64,000 nt of DNA from Diplonema japonicum. Taxonomy: Eukaryota > Protista > Euglenozoa: Diplonemea. The position numbers were made by a program, and so were the translations under genes. The notes under the pieces are model-generated. The model did no database searches, was not told where the DNA came from, and saw nothing but the letters and a program-made list of their open reading frames with translations. The stretch is from contig OZ025743.1 of the NCBI GenBank assembly GCA_964019335.1, positions 1 to 64,000 on the forward strand. The letters run 5' to 3'. Within the stretch, counting starts at the first letter, position 1, and every line of letters starts with the position of its first letter. Positions 39,948-52,561 of the stretch are shown here, one piece after another.

Positions 39948-42900
39948 TTAAGAAAATGCTGCATCACGTGTAACGGACTGCGCTGAGCGTACCTCATCCA
40001 GCAAGTTATGCTCCTTGAGCGTAGCTGAAAGCACGCGCCAGACAGGTGGGTCCTCGAATGTATACCTCCACCTCACTAGCGAGTCATTCACCCTGTTTCG
40101 AACTTCATGCGACTTATCAGTCTTAAGGCTCACTAAAGCTCGAAGGCTCGCGAGCATCAGTGCATCATTATTCTGCATGGTGCATGCTGCCGCTATGCCA
40201 CCCAAACAAGACGCAGCGCCTTTGCGGCTCTCCAAAGGTTTTTCAGGCTCCGCATTTTGGATTGCGAAATCAAGGAAGGCCTGCTGCCTGACAGGGAGTA
40301 GGGCACTGAATAGATTCCTGACCTCCACAGCCGCTTCTGCCGCGGCAGTTGCCATGCCCGACGTGAGGACCCTCCACAACAGGTCCCGCGTGCCTTGGTA
40401 CATCACTTCGGAATGATGTAAGTGTTGGAAGCGAACATCTGTGACCATGCCCACCAGCCAGATCATAAACTGCTTCCCCTTCTTCCGTGTTAGAAGGCTC
40501 TTCGGTATCGTTGCTGTTCCTGCCACCATGAACTCCATCTGTGTCCTCCCCAGCCACGACATTCCTCGCGGGGGGAACTTCATGATGTCCATTTCATCGT
40601 CCTGCGAGAACTGTCTTTTTGCCGACGCTGCAGAGGTCACCGACGTCATGGCCGATGCTGCCACTGCGTCTATGTACTGCACCAGTACCATTTTTCTGTC
40701 GGAAGCAAGCAGGACCATCACGAACCGTAACATAACTTCGCTTCTGTGGTCCTCGTGTACAGCCGCTGTGAAGTCCTTGATCAGACGTACTACTTCGTCG
40801 TTCACATTGGTGTCGTAGGCCAGCCAGGCTGCCGTTGCCAGCAGTTTCGTGACTGCCTCACGTACGCTTTCGTATCCGCAGCTGAGATTCTCTTTTAGGA
40901 TGTAGCGCAGCAGATCAACAAAAGATGCGAGGTGCGCCTCCTTCTTCCGCATCCCTTTGAAATACTGCTTTGTGATCTGCAACAGTTTTGTCTGTCCCTG
41001 CACGCTCCTGCTTGACACCACCCAATCCTTTATTATCCCGTCAATGCTCTTCATCACCTTGTCGTCCAAGCCGCGCACACCAAACATTAATGCTGCTCCC
41101 ATTTCCAGTAGGCCTTGCTTCCCTATGGTTTGGGACTCCGACAAAGCGGATAAGATGTACTCCGTGCTGCCCTCGATGTGCCCTTTCTTCTGTGCTTTCA
41201 TAAGCCCCGCAACAAGCTCCATGTACCCGGTGCAGTTGCTGGCGGTGAGCTTGTTCCCCGTAGCTTTCACTTTTTCAAGTAGCTGTTCTTTGTAGGCTAT
41301 GAACAGGCATTGCCACAGGATCGCTTGCGAGCAGCGGAACATCTCCATCTCCGCCTTGCACTCCTCGGTTTTTGTGTACTCGTTTTCGAGGTCCTTGTTG
41401 ACAAGGCTTAGGATCCACTCCGTGTCGAAGTGGGGGAGGAGGTCAAAGGGGGCTTTACCCTTCTTCTCGTTCAGGTAGAGCAGGCTGCCTAGGGCTTGCG
41501 CAGCAAAGACGCAATTCAGTTTTGAGTCTGAGTGAACATGTGTTAAATTGAAGACCGGGACCTCTTGTGGTATGTGAGATGGATCTTCAATCAAATTGAG
41601 TAGAAACATGCACGAAAGTGCAGACTGGACACGCTTGCTGCTGACCAGATCATGGAACACGTTGCGCACTGTCTCTGGTGTTGTGTCGCGAGGCTCCAGG
41701 TTACTTGACAGGGCACGTCCGGACTTCAAAGAAGTCCACAGTTCGCCATGGGACTTCTTGACCTTTTCTTCAGCCTCATGGCATGTCTCCGTAACTACCC
41801 ACGCTATGTTCCTGATACACTCCCAGGATTGGAGCACCTGCTTCTCCGAGGAAAGGGACACCAAGTTCAACAGCGATAAGTAGCCTTTCACATGCGCTCC
41901 TTTCTCTACACCGGCCCTGCACAGCTTCACGAGCTCCCCAGTGACCTGCATGTTGTTGGCCCGCAGAAGTCTCATTATGTAACCAACGACATCCTTGGTG
42001 GTCAACTCAAGTCCGTGCTGGATCATCCCCGTCAACTGGGCCGGCACGGCTTCTTCCTCAGCGCTGTCCGTCCTGAACTCGTTGGTCTTTCCCCAGAATT
42101 TATAGTAGCTGGCGAGCACTTCAGCGGATTGCAGTGTCTTCAGCGTCTTTCCTTTGCGCATCCACATGCTGTGGTTCAGTATCGCTTTCATCCCGCTGAA
42201 GTATGCATCCCTTCGCATCAGGAACCTGGGCGACACGGCTGAAAAGGCGGTCTTTGCTGCAGCTTGCAGCTCGGCATCGACAAGCTTGAGCCCGCAGTGC
42301 ATCTCGATCAAGGAGTACAGTTCGCGGTGCGAAGGGAGGCCGTCCAGAGGCAGCGTCAGAGGGCTGGCCGTAAAAGGATCAGACGCAGGCGAGGTCCTTA
42401 ACGCCAGGATCACCAACGCACACCCCTTAACCAAGTACAGGAGATGAAACACGTGCTTCCCTGTGGGGTTTGTCTCCGCTTTCAGCGCTGCGAAACGCGA
42501 CGAGAAAGTGTTCAATAACATCTTGAGGCATTCGTCTTGATTCTCGATTTTGTCTGTCAGGGGCGACGGGTCTGCGCCGTGCGGTGGTGTACGGGCATCG
42601 ACGATCCCGCCAGGCGTAGGAACAGCAATGCGGGCCACAGGTGTCAGGCTGAGCAACACCGACTTCAATAGCGTCCCGCCTGCTTTCATCTTCCACACCT
42701 CTGGCCCCTCCAGCAACACGTCGCACTGCTTCAGAACGTCTGGTACTATGTCTAGCAAATTGGGCACCACAACTGCCATCCTACCCATCACCGTTGCTGC
42801 GAACAGCCCCGTCCCACTGTCGGTGTTGTTCGCCAACACCTCCAGCTGCTTCTTGAACACCGCAGCACCCCACTTGGGGTTGGCCCGGGCACAACTGCCC

Positions 42901-44459
42901 GCCAAGTGCGCGAAGTTCTTCAAGAACGTATTCTTCTTCGTGTCTGTGAAAGAAGTCTCGTTCATCTTCAGCTCTATTTCCTTGCAGCACGTGTCCAGTG
43001 TGTCTCCCTGCATGGCGTAGGTCAGGAGGTCGGCTGTTAACCGGAAGCGGCTGGAGTTGAACTCCATGTTGCAGATCCCCACGAGCTTCTTGAACACATC
43101 GACCCCCCACTCGTTGTACAACACACCCTCAAGGGGCTTGTAAGCCGATACAAGAGACACTGCTTGTAGGGCGTCTTGTAGCGAGGACTGGGACGAAGCT
43201 CTGATGAGCGATGAGATCTTGTTCAAGATCCACGCCACCTGAGCATCGTCGCCGTGTGCGGTGATGTACGGCGTGAGTGCAATGTAAAGGTTGGTGTTGT
43301 TGCCTACCTTGGAGCCGGTGATTGTGTCTGCAAGCTGCGATCTCTCAACTAGTTCACCCACAAAGGAGGGGTTGATGGACAGGATGGACTTCGCGAGATT
43401 CCCCGCAGTCTTTTTAGCGAAGTCCAGCATGAGGGAGACGAGGCAGTGGGGGGCGACAATCTTTACAAACAGCATGCTGAAGCCTTCCATGTCGATGCCG
43501 TCTGTCGCGTGGTCCGCGTCGTATTCCAGTGCGTCATCGTCCACCAGATCCTCCACATCCTCGTGTGACGAGAGACGCAGCATGCGAGCAACGCAGTTGG
43601 AAACCTTAGCCAATAGATCGCACGGCTGCGACTCGCACAGTTTTTTAAAGAACGCGAGATCCTTGGTGTATTTGTACTCCAACATTGCCAGGTGCGTAAC
43701 GAACGCCGAAGGACACCATCGAGATCCCCGAGATACGATATCATACAAGGTGGGTATGTGCTTCTCGAGGCTTGCTTTCGTGTAAGGCCCGTCGGCCGAC
43801 ATACACTCCGCACATGCCATTCTCGTGAGCAAGTCTACGTAACCAAAAAGCACCTTTTGACTTGCCATTTGTATCATCTTAATGCATGAGTCAAGCTGCT
43901 CCTGTGTAATGCTGCGTACAGGGATCATGCGCATCATGAAGTTCAGCGCCTTGGTGGTGTGGAAGTAGGGTTTCAAGGCGGAGTTGAGCCTGTCGTACAT
44001 AGTGTCGGGGTCTTTCCAGTAATGCGACAGTCTGCAGAAGGCTTTGTACGAACCGTGGCCTAGTACTTTGCGTTCCCGCTGTCTGGGCTTGATGATCTCG
44101 ATGACAAGGGCGATGATGGGGTCGGCGTCCACCTCGAGGCCTTTGATCAACGTGCGCTCCCCGCCGTAGTCGGACCGCAGGAGCTTGGCTATTATAGCCT
44201 CCGTGGGCTGGAAGGCCCCGCTGAACTGCAGCAGCTTCAGCTTCTCGACAAATATCTCGACCAACGTTCGCCTTGCGTCCCAGTCTGGGAACACCCCTGC
44301 ATCTATCGCCGCTTGCGTGCACTCCATCCCACGCACGTAGCTTGCGTGGTCTCCCTTTTGCAGCAGCGACAGGATGTAAGGGTACACATTTGACACACAG
44401 GGTTCGTATAGCTCCTGAGAGGGAAGAAACCTCAGGGCGCGCGACTTACGTGCTTTCAT
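39948..44459 (-). CDS. Large HEAT-repeat protein, probably divergent PA200/Blm10 (PSME4-like)
   Basis: 1503 aa, helical. YESVREAV..LL, VEVRNLFSALL and RKGAASCLGG..EVRNRV..SL..WR resemble PA200 C-terminal blocks from memory. Confidence 0.5.
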   Translation of the reverse strand: MKARKSRALRFLPSQELYEPCVSNVYPYILSLLQKGDHASYVRGMECTQAAIDAGVFPDWDARRTLVEIFVEKLKLLQFSGAFQPTEAIIAKLLRSDYGGERTLIKGLEVDADPIIALVIEIIKPRQRERKVLGHGSYKAFCRLSHYWKDPDTMYDRLNSALKPYFHTTKALNFMMRMIPVRSITQEQLDSCIKMIQMASQKVLFGYVDLLTRMACAECMSADGPYTKASLEKHIPTLYDIVSRGSRWCPSAFVTHLAMLEYKYTKDLAFFKKLCESQPCDLLAKVSNCVARMLRLSSHEDVEDLVDDDALEYDADHATDGIDMEGFSMLFVKIVAPHCLVSLMLDFAKKTAGNLAKSILSINPSFVGELVERSQLADTITGSKVGNNTNLYIALTPYITAHGDDAQVAWILNKISSLIRASSQSSLQDALQAVSLVSAYKPLEGVLYNEWGVDVFKKLVGICNMEFNSSRFRLTADLLTYAMQGDTLDTCCKEIELKMNETSFTDTKKNTFLKNFAHLAGSCARANPKWGAAVFKKQLEVLANNTDSGTGLFAATVMGRMAVVVPNLLDIVPDVLKQCDVLLEGPEVWKMKAGGTLLKSVLLSLTPVARIAVPTPGGIVDARTPPHGADPSPLTDKIENQDECLKMLLNTFSSRFAALKAETNPTGKHVFHLLYLVKGCALVILALRTSPASDPFTASPLTLPLDGLPSHRELYSLIEMHCGLKLVDAELQAAAKTAFSAVSPRFLMRRDAYFSGMKAILNHSMWMRKGKTLKTLQSAEVLASYYKFWGKTNEFRTDSAEEEAVPAQLTGMIQHGLELTTKDVVGYIMRLLRANNMQVTGELVKLCRAGVEKGAHVKGYLSLLNLVSLSSEKQVLQSWECIRNIAWVVTETCHEAEEKVKKSHGELWTSLKSGRALSSNLEPRDTTPETVRNVFHDLVSSKRVQSALSCMFLLNLIEDPSHIPQEVPVFNLTHVHSDSKLNCVFAAQALGSLLYLNEKKGKAPFDLLPHFDTEWILSLVNKDLENEYTKTEECKAEMEMFRCSQAILWQCLFIAYKEQLLEKVKATGNKLTASNCTGYMELVAGLMKAQKKGHIEGSTEYILSALSESQTIGKQGLLEMGAALMFGVRGLDDKVMKSIDGIIKDWVVSSRSVQGQTKLLQITKQYFKGMRKKEAHLASFVDLLRYILKENLSCGYESVREAVTKLLATAAWLAYDTNVNDEVVRLIKDFTAAVHEDHRSEVMLRFVMVLLASDRKMVLVQYIDAVAASAMTSVTSAASAKRQFSQDDEMDIMKFPPRGMSWLGRTQMEFMVAGTATIPKSLLTRKKGKQFMIWLVGMVTDVRFQHLHHSEVMYQGTRDLLWRVLTSGMATAAAEAAVEVRNLFSALLPVRQQAFLDFAIQNAEPEKPLESRKGAASCLGGIAAACTMQNNDALMLASLRALVSLKTDKSHEVRNRVNDSLVRWRYTFEDPPVWRVLSATLKEHNLLDEVRSAQSVTRDAAFS

Positions 44460-44553
44460 CTTTTTTTATTTTTATTTTTATTTTTATTACTTGCGATCTT
44501 GTGTTTTGCGTTTTGTGGCCGGGTAAAAAAAAAAAAAGAAAGAAAGAAAGAAG

Positions 44554-44586
<33 letters not shown>

Positions 44587-44618
44587 AGAACGGAGGAAAA
44601 AGACTCCCCTAAGCTTGC

Positions 44619-45122
44619 TCAATTGATAAATTGAGTCAATTTTGGCTGGGGTGTGAGCACGCGTTGTATAGGTGGTGTTACAGGTCTGGCATCCAGATGT
44701 TTCTTGAGCGACCGTTGAGCACGGATGACCTTGGTGGGGAGGAGGTGGAACCTGTTATCTGAGGTGAAGCTAGAGAAGCCTGCAGAGTCAGTGTCATCAA
44801 GGAGAGATGCAGTAATGAAGTTGCTCGCCTTCGTGGCGGTGTGGAGGTAGCGCTTTGCCTTGAGGTCGGGCAGTAGAACGCTGCTGGGTGCCTTCAGAGG
44901 AACTGACCAACATGACACAGGGCAGCACACTTCCTCTTCTCTCTCCCCCGCCACGTTTTCTTTCTTTTTGAACATTTGCAAGGGAAGCTTTGCCAACTTC
45001 CTGTTCTCCACTCTCAGTAGATATTTCAATGCCTGTTCCTTTATCTCTGTCTTGTTCTCCAGTTTTCTCCGCATCCTCAGCATTTCTAACGGAGCATGCC
45101 CATGGCTTTCGTGCGATAGCAT
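44619..45122 (-). CDS. Hypothetical protein (probably a 3' exon)
   Basis: 167-aa ORF on the cluster strand with coding-like composition; 5' part unresolved. Confidence 0.4.
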   Translation of the reverse strand: MLSHESHGHAPLEMLRMRRKLENKTEIKEQALKYLLRVENRKLAKLPLQMFKKKENVAGEREEEVCCPVSCWSVPLKAPSSVLLPDLKAKRYLHTATKASNFITASLLDDTDSAGFSSFTSDNRFHLLPTKVIRAQRSLKKHLDARPVTPPIQRVLTPQPKLTQFIN

Positions 45123-45867
45123 CTGAGCATTGCAGGACGCGGGGAAAAAAAAAAAATACTGTAAAACGAAAAAAAAAAAAAAAAAAATCCGGAAGAGAAA
45201 AGAAAATCTTTTTTTAGCTGAGGGGCTTATGGGAAGAACAGTATCTTCAAGAAGGTCCGTTGTATGGCAGTTAAAGTCATCACGAGCAGGATGGGGCCAT
45301 CAGGCTCAAGACCCCGGGCATCAATTTTGCCCTTACAGAAAGGGAGGACTACTTGGGCTCAGTCCCAGGCGAGCTTTGTCTCAAGAGGCCACGGAATTTC
45401 ACAACCTGACCCCCCGCTTGGTCGGTCCATGTTCTAAGGAGCTGGGCCTGGTCCCCCCTCCCATGCCGGCCGGAGAAGAAAAAAATATCCGGGCTTTTTT
45501 CGCTTCCGGGAGATTTGTCACTCTGGTATTTTTCCGGCATTTTCTCTTTGGAATCTTTTTCGCTATATAAATTTGTTGTTTGGATGGAAAAAATATGGAA
45601 TAAAAAAAAAAACAATGAGAAGAAAAAAAAAAACTTAACCTGAAAAGTAAGGGGGGGAAAAGTAAATGAGAACTCTAAAAAAAAAAAAGAAAAAAAAAAA
45701 AAAAAAAAAAAAAACAAGGAGGCCAAAAAAAAAAAATAATAATACCTTCCAAAGAATTTAAAATAATTATTGTGGGGGAGGGGGGTGGGGAGGTGTAAAT
45801 AATTAGAGATTTTTTTTTTTTTTTCCAATTTCTTTTTTCTTTTGATATCATATATCAAAAAAAAAGC

Positions 45868-46347
45868 TTATGGGTCTCCCGGCTTTGCACAGTAGCCCCA
45901 GGTTCTTGCTGAACCGGTTTTCTTTTCGCAGGCTTTTGGATCTTCAACAGCACACCAGGCCCCTCGAGGGTCGTTGTCAAAGTTGCAGCACATAGTATCG
46001 CATATGTGGCCTTTGTACTCCCAAGACTGTGCGCAGCGGCAGCCTCTTGTGGTGTACCGCAAAGGCAAGGTTACTGTGTCCCACTCCATAAGAGTTACAG
46101 TAGCGTAGGCAGTCTCTGTGTGCATCAGAGTAGATGTGGGAGTTGGGTCGGCCTCGTCGTCCCCTTTCTCGAACCCACTGAACGTGAATTGCGGAAAGGT
46201 AGGAAGCCCTACCACAAACAAATCCCCGCCCTTCCTCCCCCTCAGCACGTAATGGGACGCACACAGGAGAGCCACCCCAGTTGCTACAATAAGGGCGATG
46301 ACCTTGACCCACTGCACTCTAGCTAAGCGTTCGGAAAATGACGGCAT
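45868..46347 (-). CDS. Type II membrane protein with a kringle-like Cys-rich domain
   Basis: N-terminal TM VIALIVATGVALLCA; GCRC..W...C...CCNFDND.RG.WC....C...WGYC. Confidence 0.65.
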   Translation of the reverse strand: MPSFSERLARVQWVKVIALIVATGVALLCASHYVLRGRKGGDLFVVGLPTFPQFTFSGFEKGDDEADPTPTSTLMHTETAYATVTLMEWDTVTLPLRYTTRGCRCAQSWEYKGHICDTMCCNFDNDPRGAWCAVEDPKACEKKTGSARTWGYCAKPGDP

Positions 46348-47150
46348 TTTCTTTTTTCTTTTTTTGTGTGTAAATACCCTTTTTTTTTTTTTATAAAAAA
46401 AACTTTTCTGGGATTGGTGAAATGAAAACAAATAAAAAAGAGGGAAATAATTACGTGTAAAAAAAAAGGGGGGGGGGAAAGGGAGGGTGGGAATTGTCTG
46501 CCCCGTTGCAGGGGGGGGGGGGGGGGGGAGGAACTTAAAAAAAGAAGGAAGGAAATAGAAGGAAAAAGAAAAAAAAAAGGTGGGAGTATTTCTTTTTTTG
46601 TTTGCTTGCGTTTTTTTAATAATAGTTTTAGTGTAAATGGAAAAGAAAAAAAAATAGCTATTTTATACCGCCAACAAGTATGACTTTACAGTTAGTTACC
46701 TTGAGGGGCACAGTAAGGTGGTTATTATTTTTCACAACTCTCTGTAATTACTTCACAGGGAAAAGTTGAACTGAACCTTAGGGAATAAGCTGGCATCTTT
46801 CACGGGAAAAAAAAAAAAAAAAAAAAAAAAAAAACAGAATTAGAACAGATTAGCGTGAAGTAGCAATACAAACCCCGGGTGCGTTACGTAAAGTAATTTC
46901 AGAAAGAGAGTGAAATGAAAAAAAAAATTCTTTTTATGACTATGTGTCTTTGTTGTTCGCACGAGCAAAAAAAAAAAGAGGTTTTTAAAAAGCTGCGAAA
47001 GCTTTTTTTTTTTTTTGCTCGGCACAAGTTGCATATAGTTATAAAATCATTTTTTTTCTTTTTTGAAAGATAAAATATTTGTAACAAAAGAAATATTCAC
47101 ATTCATGCCCCCCCCCCCCCCCCCCCCAAGCGGAAGCTTAGGGAATGAGA

Positions 47151-47186
<36 letters not shown>

Positions 47187-47189
<3 letters not shown>

Positions 47190-49634
47190 AGTTGCGGCGA
47201 TGGGAGTCAATTCATGCCTCCCCATTGCTGAGGCGTTCAGAGGTTTGGCGACAGGGTCTTGATTGTCAGGAATTGCTGTTTTTTTTTTTTTTTTTTTTTT
47301 TTTTTCCCCATTATTATTTTCTTCCTTCCCCGTACCGGTAGTCTTCAGGAACTGGCTCTTGTAAACATCGATATCAGCCTGCAAGGAGGTCGTCAAACCA
47401 TGGCGGTGGAGCGTGGTGATGAGCTCCGACATCAGCGGCGCGATCATCTTGTGTTCCTTCTCAAGCTCCTGGATCCTCTTCAGGTACTGTTCGTTCTGCT
47501 CCTGCAACACCTTCGTCTTGTAGTTATCCAAGATGTCCGCCTCAATTTTCATGGTGCTGATGGTGTTGTTCAGATTGCCTATCTGATTACGGTATGAAGT
47601 AATATCAGCCTTCAACTGCTCGTTCTGCTCCGCAAGAATCTTGAAGTTGAAATTCTCTGCGATGGACCCTTCTAGCTTCTCGATTGTCTGTTTGTAACCG
47701 TCGAGCTCGCGTTTCAAAGCCTCGATTTCCGCCTTGAAGCTGTTGATCTTGTCCCAGTGATCCTTTTCCTTCTTTGAGCTTTCTTCTTCCAAGGCGTTTA
47801 CTCTGTTTGATGTGTTTTGCAGGTTTTCCTCAGCGGCGGCTAGTTGTTGTTTTTCGTGGGCGAGTGCGTTTTCGTGGACGGCTTCCATTTCGGCTTGTTT
47901 TCTCTTCAACTGTTCGATCTCGGTACGGAGAAGAGTTTCCTTGTCGCTGAAATCCTTCTGCCTTCTGTTTGTCTCTTCTTGTAATAGGCTGGCGTTGTTT
48001 TTGTAGTTTTCCTTTTCCGCGTTCAATGCGATTTGGGTCTCCACGTACTCTCGGTCCTTCTTCTCGTTTAACGTTTGGAGTTGAACGAGTTGCTTGTGTA
48101 AGGATTCCTGTTCTGCAGTAAGGCGTGTGATCTGTTCAAAGTATTCCTTGTCTTTTCTCTCTGATACGGCTTTTGTTTGCGCGGTGTTTCCCTTTTCGAT
48201 TTCAAGGTCTGTTTGTGAGTTAGCCATCGCCTCGTAGTGTGCCTTCTCCTTCTCCCTCAGCATCTCTTGTTCCTGTTCGAGCTTCGCGCGTAGGGTGTCG
48301 ATCTCGCTTTTTTGCAACATGATCTTCTCGTAGCTTTCCTTGTTCTTCTTCTCCGCTTTCTCTTGTTCCAATTTGAGTTTTTCCCTCAAAGCCTCGATCT
48401 CGCTCATTTGTTTGACCTGTTTCTCGTAGGCTTCCTTCTCAAGCGTGTCTTTTTCCTTCAGAAGCTGCGAGTGCGATGTTTTACAGTTCTCGAGCTCCGA
48501 TTTCAAAACCACGTTTTTCTCGAAGGCGTCCTTGTCTTTCTTTTCCGCCTCCGATTGGAAGCTGAGGTACTGTGTTTTGGTGGTGTCCAGCTGTTCGGTG
48601 AGGCGGCCGACGGTAGCAGCCAGTTGTTCTGCTTTGGCTTTGTGGAGGTCGATCTCCCTGTTCATGGCTTCTTCGGTTTGTTTTGCTTCCTTAGCGGCTT
48701 CCTGTGTAGCCTCCTCAAGCTTCATCACCTTGATGTGCGTGTCTTCGAGCTTCTTGTTCAACGAATCATTTCTGGCTTTGAAGTCATCGCTCTGTTCCAT
48801 AAGACGCTTGTTGTCCTCCTTACCGGTGTCGAGCTGAGAGTTCAGCAGGCCCAACATGATGGTGTTCTTCACATCTTCGCGTTCCTTCCTTTCAATGTCA
48901 GATTGTAAATGCCCGGATTGTTGTTTGTACTTGTCAAGCTCCGTGTGGAGAAGCTTCATGAGAATGGTGTTTTCAGTGTCCTCCTTGTCCTTGTCGCTGC
49001 GGAGCTGGTAGATTTCGGTTCGGAGAGTGTCCATCTCTTGGGTGTATTTCTCTTTGATGGTGGTCATGAGGGCTTCGCGTTGCTGGCTTTCCTCTTCTGT
49101 TGTAGTGAGCTTTACTTGTGTGATGGAGAGGTCGTTTACTGCATCTTGAAGCTTTAGCTCTCCGTTGCGCAGAAGGCGTTCTGTTTCGAGTTCTTTTTCA
49201 GTGAGGAGTTGTTGAGTGGTTTCTAGCTCGTCTTGTAAGGCAGCTGTACGTCTTGTCTGGCCTTCTAGGTCGGATTGGATTCCCCCGCATGTGTGGTTTA
49301 AAGCTACTACCTTTTCTTGTAGTTGGTGGATCTCCTTGTCCTTCTCCTCGAGGACTTGTAGTTGTTGCAGTTTCAGTTCCATCTCTCTGTCTCTTCTCTC
49401 CCGTTCCTCTCGCTCCTTTTGTTTTTGTTCTTCTTCTTTTTTTCTTTGTTCTTCCTCGGCCTTGAGCTTTTCCTCTTCTTCCTTCTTTTTCCTCTCCTCT
49501 TCCTCCTTCACCTTCTCCTCTTCTTCTTTTAGCTTCGCGACCTCCGCCTCGGATTCGGCCTTCAGCCGTTCTTCTTCTGCACGCTTTGCTTCATCATCTC
49601 CCTTACCTCCTTTTGCACGAGGTTTTGCAGGCAT
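47187..49634 (-). CDS. Long coiled-coil protein; probable 60-nt in-frame intron (47276-47335)
   Basis: E/K/Q-rich heptads over ~750 aa; GTACGG..(A)n-CAG segment explains the poly-K stretch. Confidence 0.75.
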
Positions 49635-49761
49635 ATTGACACCTGTGTGGTGTGGTGTTATTTAGATGATAAGGGGAATAAAAAAAAAATAGGAATAAAA
49701 ACAGAATAAAAAAAAATGGAATGGCGATCGAACGGCAGAAATAACAACAAAAAAGTCAAGG

Positions 49762-49796
<35 letters not shown>

Positions 49797-50179
49797 GGTG
49801 TGTGGTGTGAATAGTGGTGGAACGGAAAAGAAAGAAAAGAAAAGAGAGAAAAAAAAAAAGAAAAAAAAAAGGGCGAGTTAAGAAAAAAAGAGCACCGATA
49901 GAAGATAGAGCGTGTGAGGGTGAGCGAAGAAAAAAAAAAAGAAATTGCACCAGTTCATATGGTCTTGTCACACACACTCACACGCTCTTCTCTCTTAGCT
50001 TTTTCTTCGTCTTCTTCTTTTTTTTTTTGATGTCCATAAGATTTCGATACTTTGCTTCCCCCCACCCCCCCCCCTTCTTTTTTCTTTCGTCTTAGCAACC
50101 CACCCTGAAAGGGCTCAAAAGTTCCCTATAATAATTATAAATGCACATAGACAGAAATAAAGGAGAGGGAGTAAAGAAC

Positions 50180-50211
<32 letters not shown>

Positions 50212-50308
50212 ATATATTTTTGGCCCTCTCTCCGAGACGTGGAGAGGGGGAAAAAAGGAAATACTTCTAGAGGGTAAAAACCCCAGCCTACATAAGGTTT
50301 CACACCAA

Positions 50309-50340
<32 letters not shown>

Positions 50341-52391
50341 AAAAAAAAGAGACACACAGCAATTTTTTCCCAGAACTTCAACCGCCTCCTGCCAAAAAAA
50401 AAAAAAAAAAAAGGAGAATAAATTTTAAGAAAAAAAAAAGAGACAAATAAAATAAAAGAAACTGATCCTAGCGCCTTAAACTAATTGAGGGTGTATGAAG
50501 GGGAAAAAGGGAATGGAAAACACAAAATAAAAAAAAAGAGGGGGGGTTTTTTTTTAAAATAAAGATATACTCACTGCGTTGCTACCTCTCATCAAGGGAA
50601 GAGGGCATTTTTTTTTTTTTTTTTTTTTTTTGCTTTTCTGTTCAATTTTTTTCTCAAAAAATAGTACATAGAAATGAGGAGGATTCCTGTCGTGCCGGAA
50701 GAGCGCCGGGGGGGGGGAATAAAAACAAAGAAAGAGAGGTAGAAAAAAAAAGAAATACAGACATAGAAAACTTAAGGGGGGTGTGGAAAAATCTTTTTTT
50801 TCTCAGGAGCAATAAAAAAGAAAAAAGGGAGGGGGGAGGGAATGAAAAAAACACACCCCCCCCACCACCACCACCAGATGCTAGGAAACTGTTTGCCACT
50901 GCAGATTGCACTTGGGAGGAGAACCAAACCAGAGACCACATTAGAATGACGACACGAATAAAAAAAGGGGAGTGGGGGAGGGGATAGGATGTAAAGGCAG
51001 CGTTTTTTTTTTTCCCTTCTAAAACTAGCAAACACAAATGGAAAGAAAGGGTAAGGAAGAAAAAAAAATTGTAAAACACCACCAGAAAACACTCCCCCTC
51101 TTTTCTTTCTTCTTCTTTTAAAAAAAATGCTCACCCCCCCCCCCCCCCCCCCCAAAGACCTCATTCCGTTCAGCCCCTTCCCTCCAAGGGGGGGACCAAT
51201 TTTTTTTCTCTTTCTTTTTTTTTTGCAATAAAAAAAAATACCAGTCTAACCCCTCAAGGAGGGGAGGGTGGCTTGTGTGTGTTTTATTTTTCTTTCTTTT
51301 TTTTTCTTCTCTCCTCTCTGCTAAAGCCAGGAGCACAAAAATGAAAAAATGGACTGAATAAGTTGCACCTGCTACTTTATTCACAGTTCTTTCATATTTT
51401 TCATACCGGGAAACGGGGTTTCAGATGTGCAACAAAAAAAGGGGGGGGGATATTTTCAAAAAAAAAATAAATAACTTCGATGGTTTTCTTCTTTTTTCTT
51501 CTTTTTTTTTTTTGCTGTTCTACGTGAAAAATTACTTACTCCCCAGAAAGAAGGTGCAGCGATGAGCTCCATGGAATGAATCATCCTTGGAGTTCCCCCT
51601 TTTCTTTTTTCCGACCAGAGGGGAGGAGGTTCAAAAAAACCTAGAACGCGTGTCGGAAGTTTTCTGACAGAAAAGTCTATGGAGCGCCTTCCCACCCATT
51701 TTCCCCCCCTTTTTTTTTTCCCCCAACACAAAAAAAATAAAAATAAAATAAACTTATAATAAGCACCAAGGGACAGAAGCATACATGCATGTCGCCAGGT
51801 TGTAAACGGTAAAGCACTCCACAATGGGGGAAAAAAAAAAAAGTTTGTTGAATATTGGTTGCAGTCTTCTTTCTTTTCTTTCTTTTTTCTCCGTTCGTCA
51901 TCTTTTGACGCCTCACTGGGGGGGGGGGGGGGGCTCGTAATTTAGTAAATTATAAGAGCTTTCTTCTTTTTTTCTTTTTAAACTTCTACTCTTGATAATG
52001 TCCAAGAGTTGTCTAGAAAAAAAAAAGAAGCAGGTATGTTGTCAAAAGAAAAAAGTTTTTTTTTCCAACTCTCTCTCTGTTCCCCCCCCCCTTTTTTTTC
52101 TTTATTCCTTTTCTTCCAACCATAGAGCAAAATGTTTTATCTCTCCCTGTTTCCATTTCCCTTCTTGGAAACGCCTCCTCAAAGAGGGCCACTTTTTTTT
52201 CTTTTTTTGCATTTTCAGTTTTTTCGCTAAGGGTATTTTGGGCCCTTAAAAAAAAACTCTAACCCCCCCCCCAAAAAAAGTGCCCACAAACCATGGGGAA
52301 ATGGGGGTTTTGGTGATTTGTGGGTACTTTTGGGGGTAGTTAGAGTTTTCTTTTTTAAGAGCCCAAAATGCCCTTTGCGAAAAAAAAAATG

Positions 52392-52422
<31 letters not shown>

Positions 52423-52451
52423 GACCCCCTTATGACCCCCCATCTTCCTTA

Positions 52452-52530
52452 TCACGACCTATGTGGTTTATGCACCAGTGCAGTAAGGCACTCAACGCTG
52501 CTCTGTGTATAATTTTTCTTTCATTTTCGA

Positions 52531-52561
<31 letters not shown>

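Noticed and set aside
49700-52400. Many poly-F/poly-K ORFs in spacers
   Set aside because: Translations of A/T homopolymer tracts with no coding signal.
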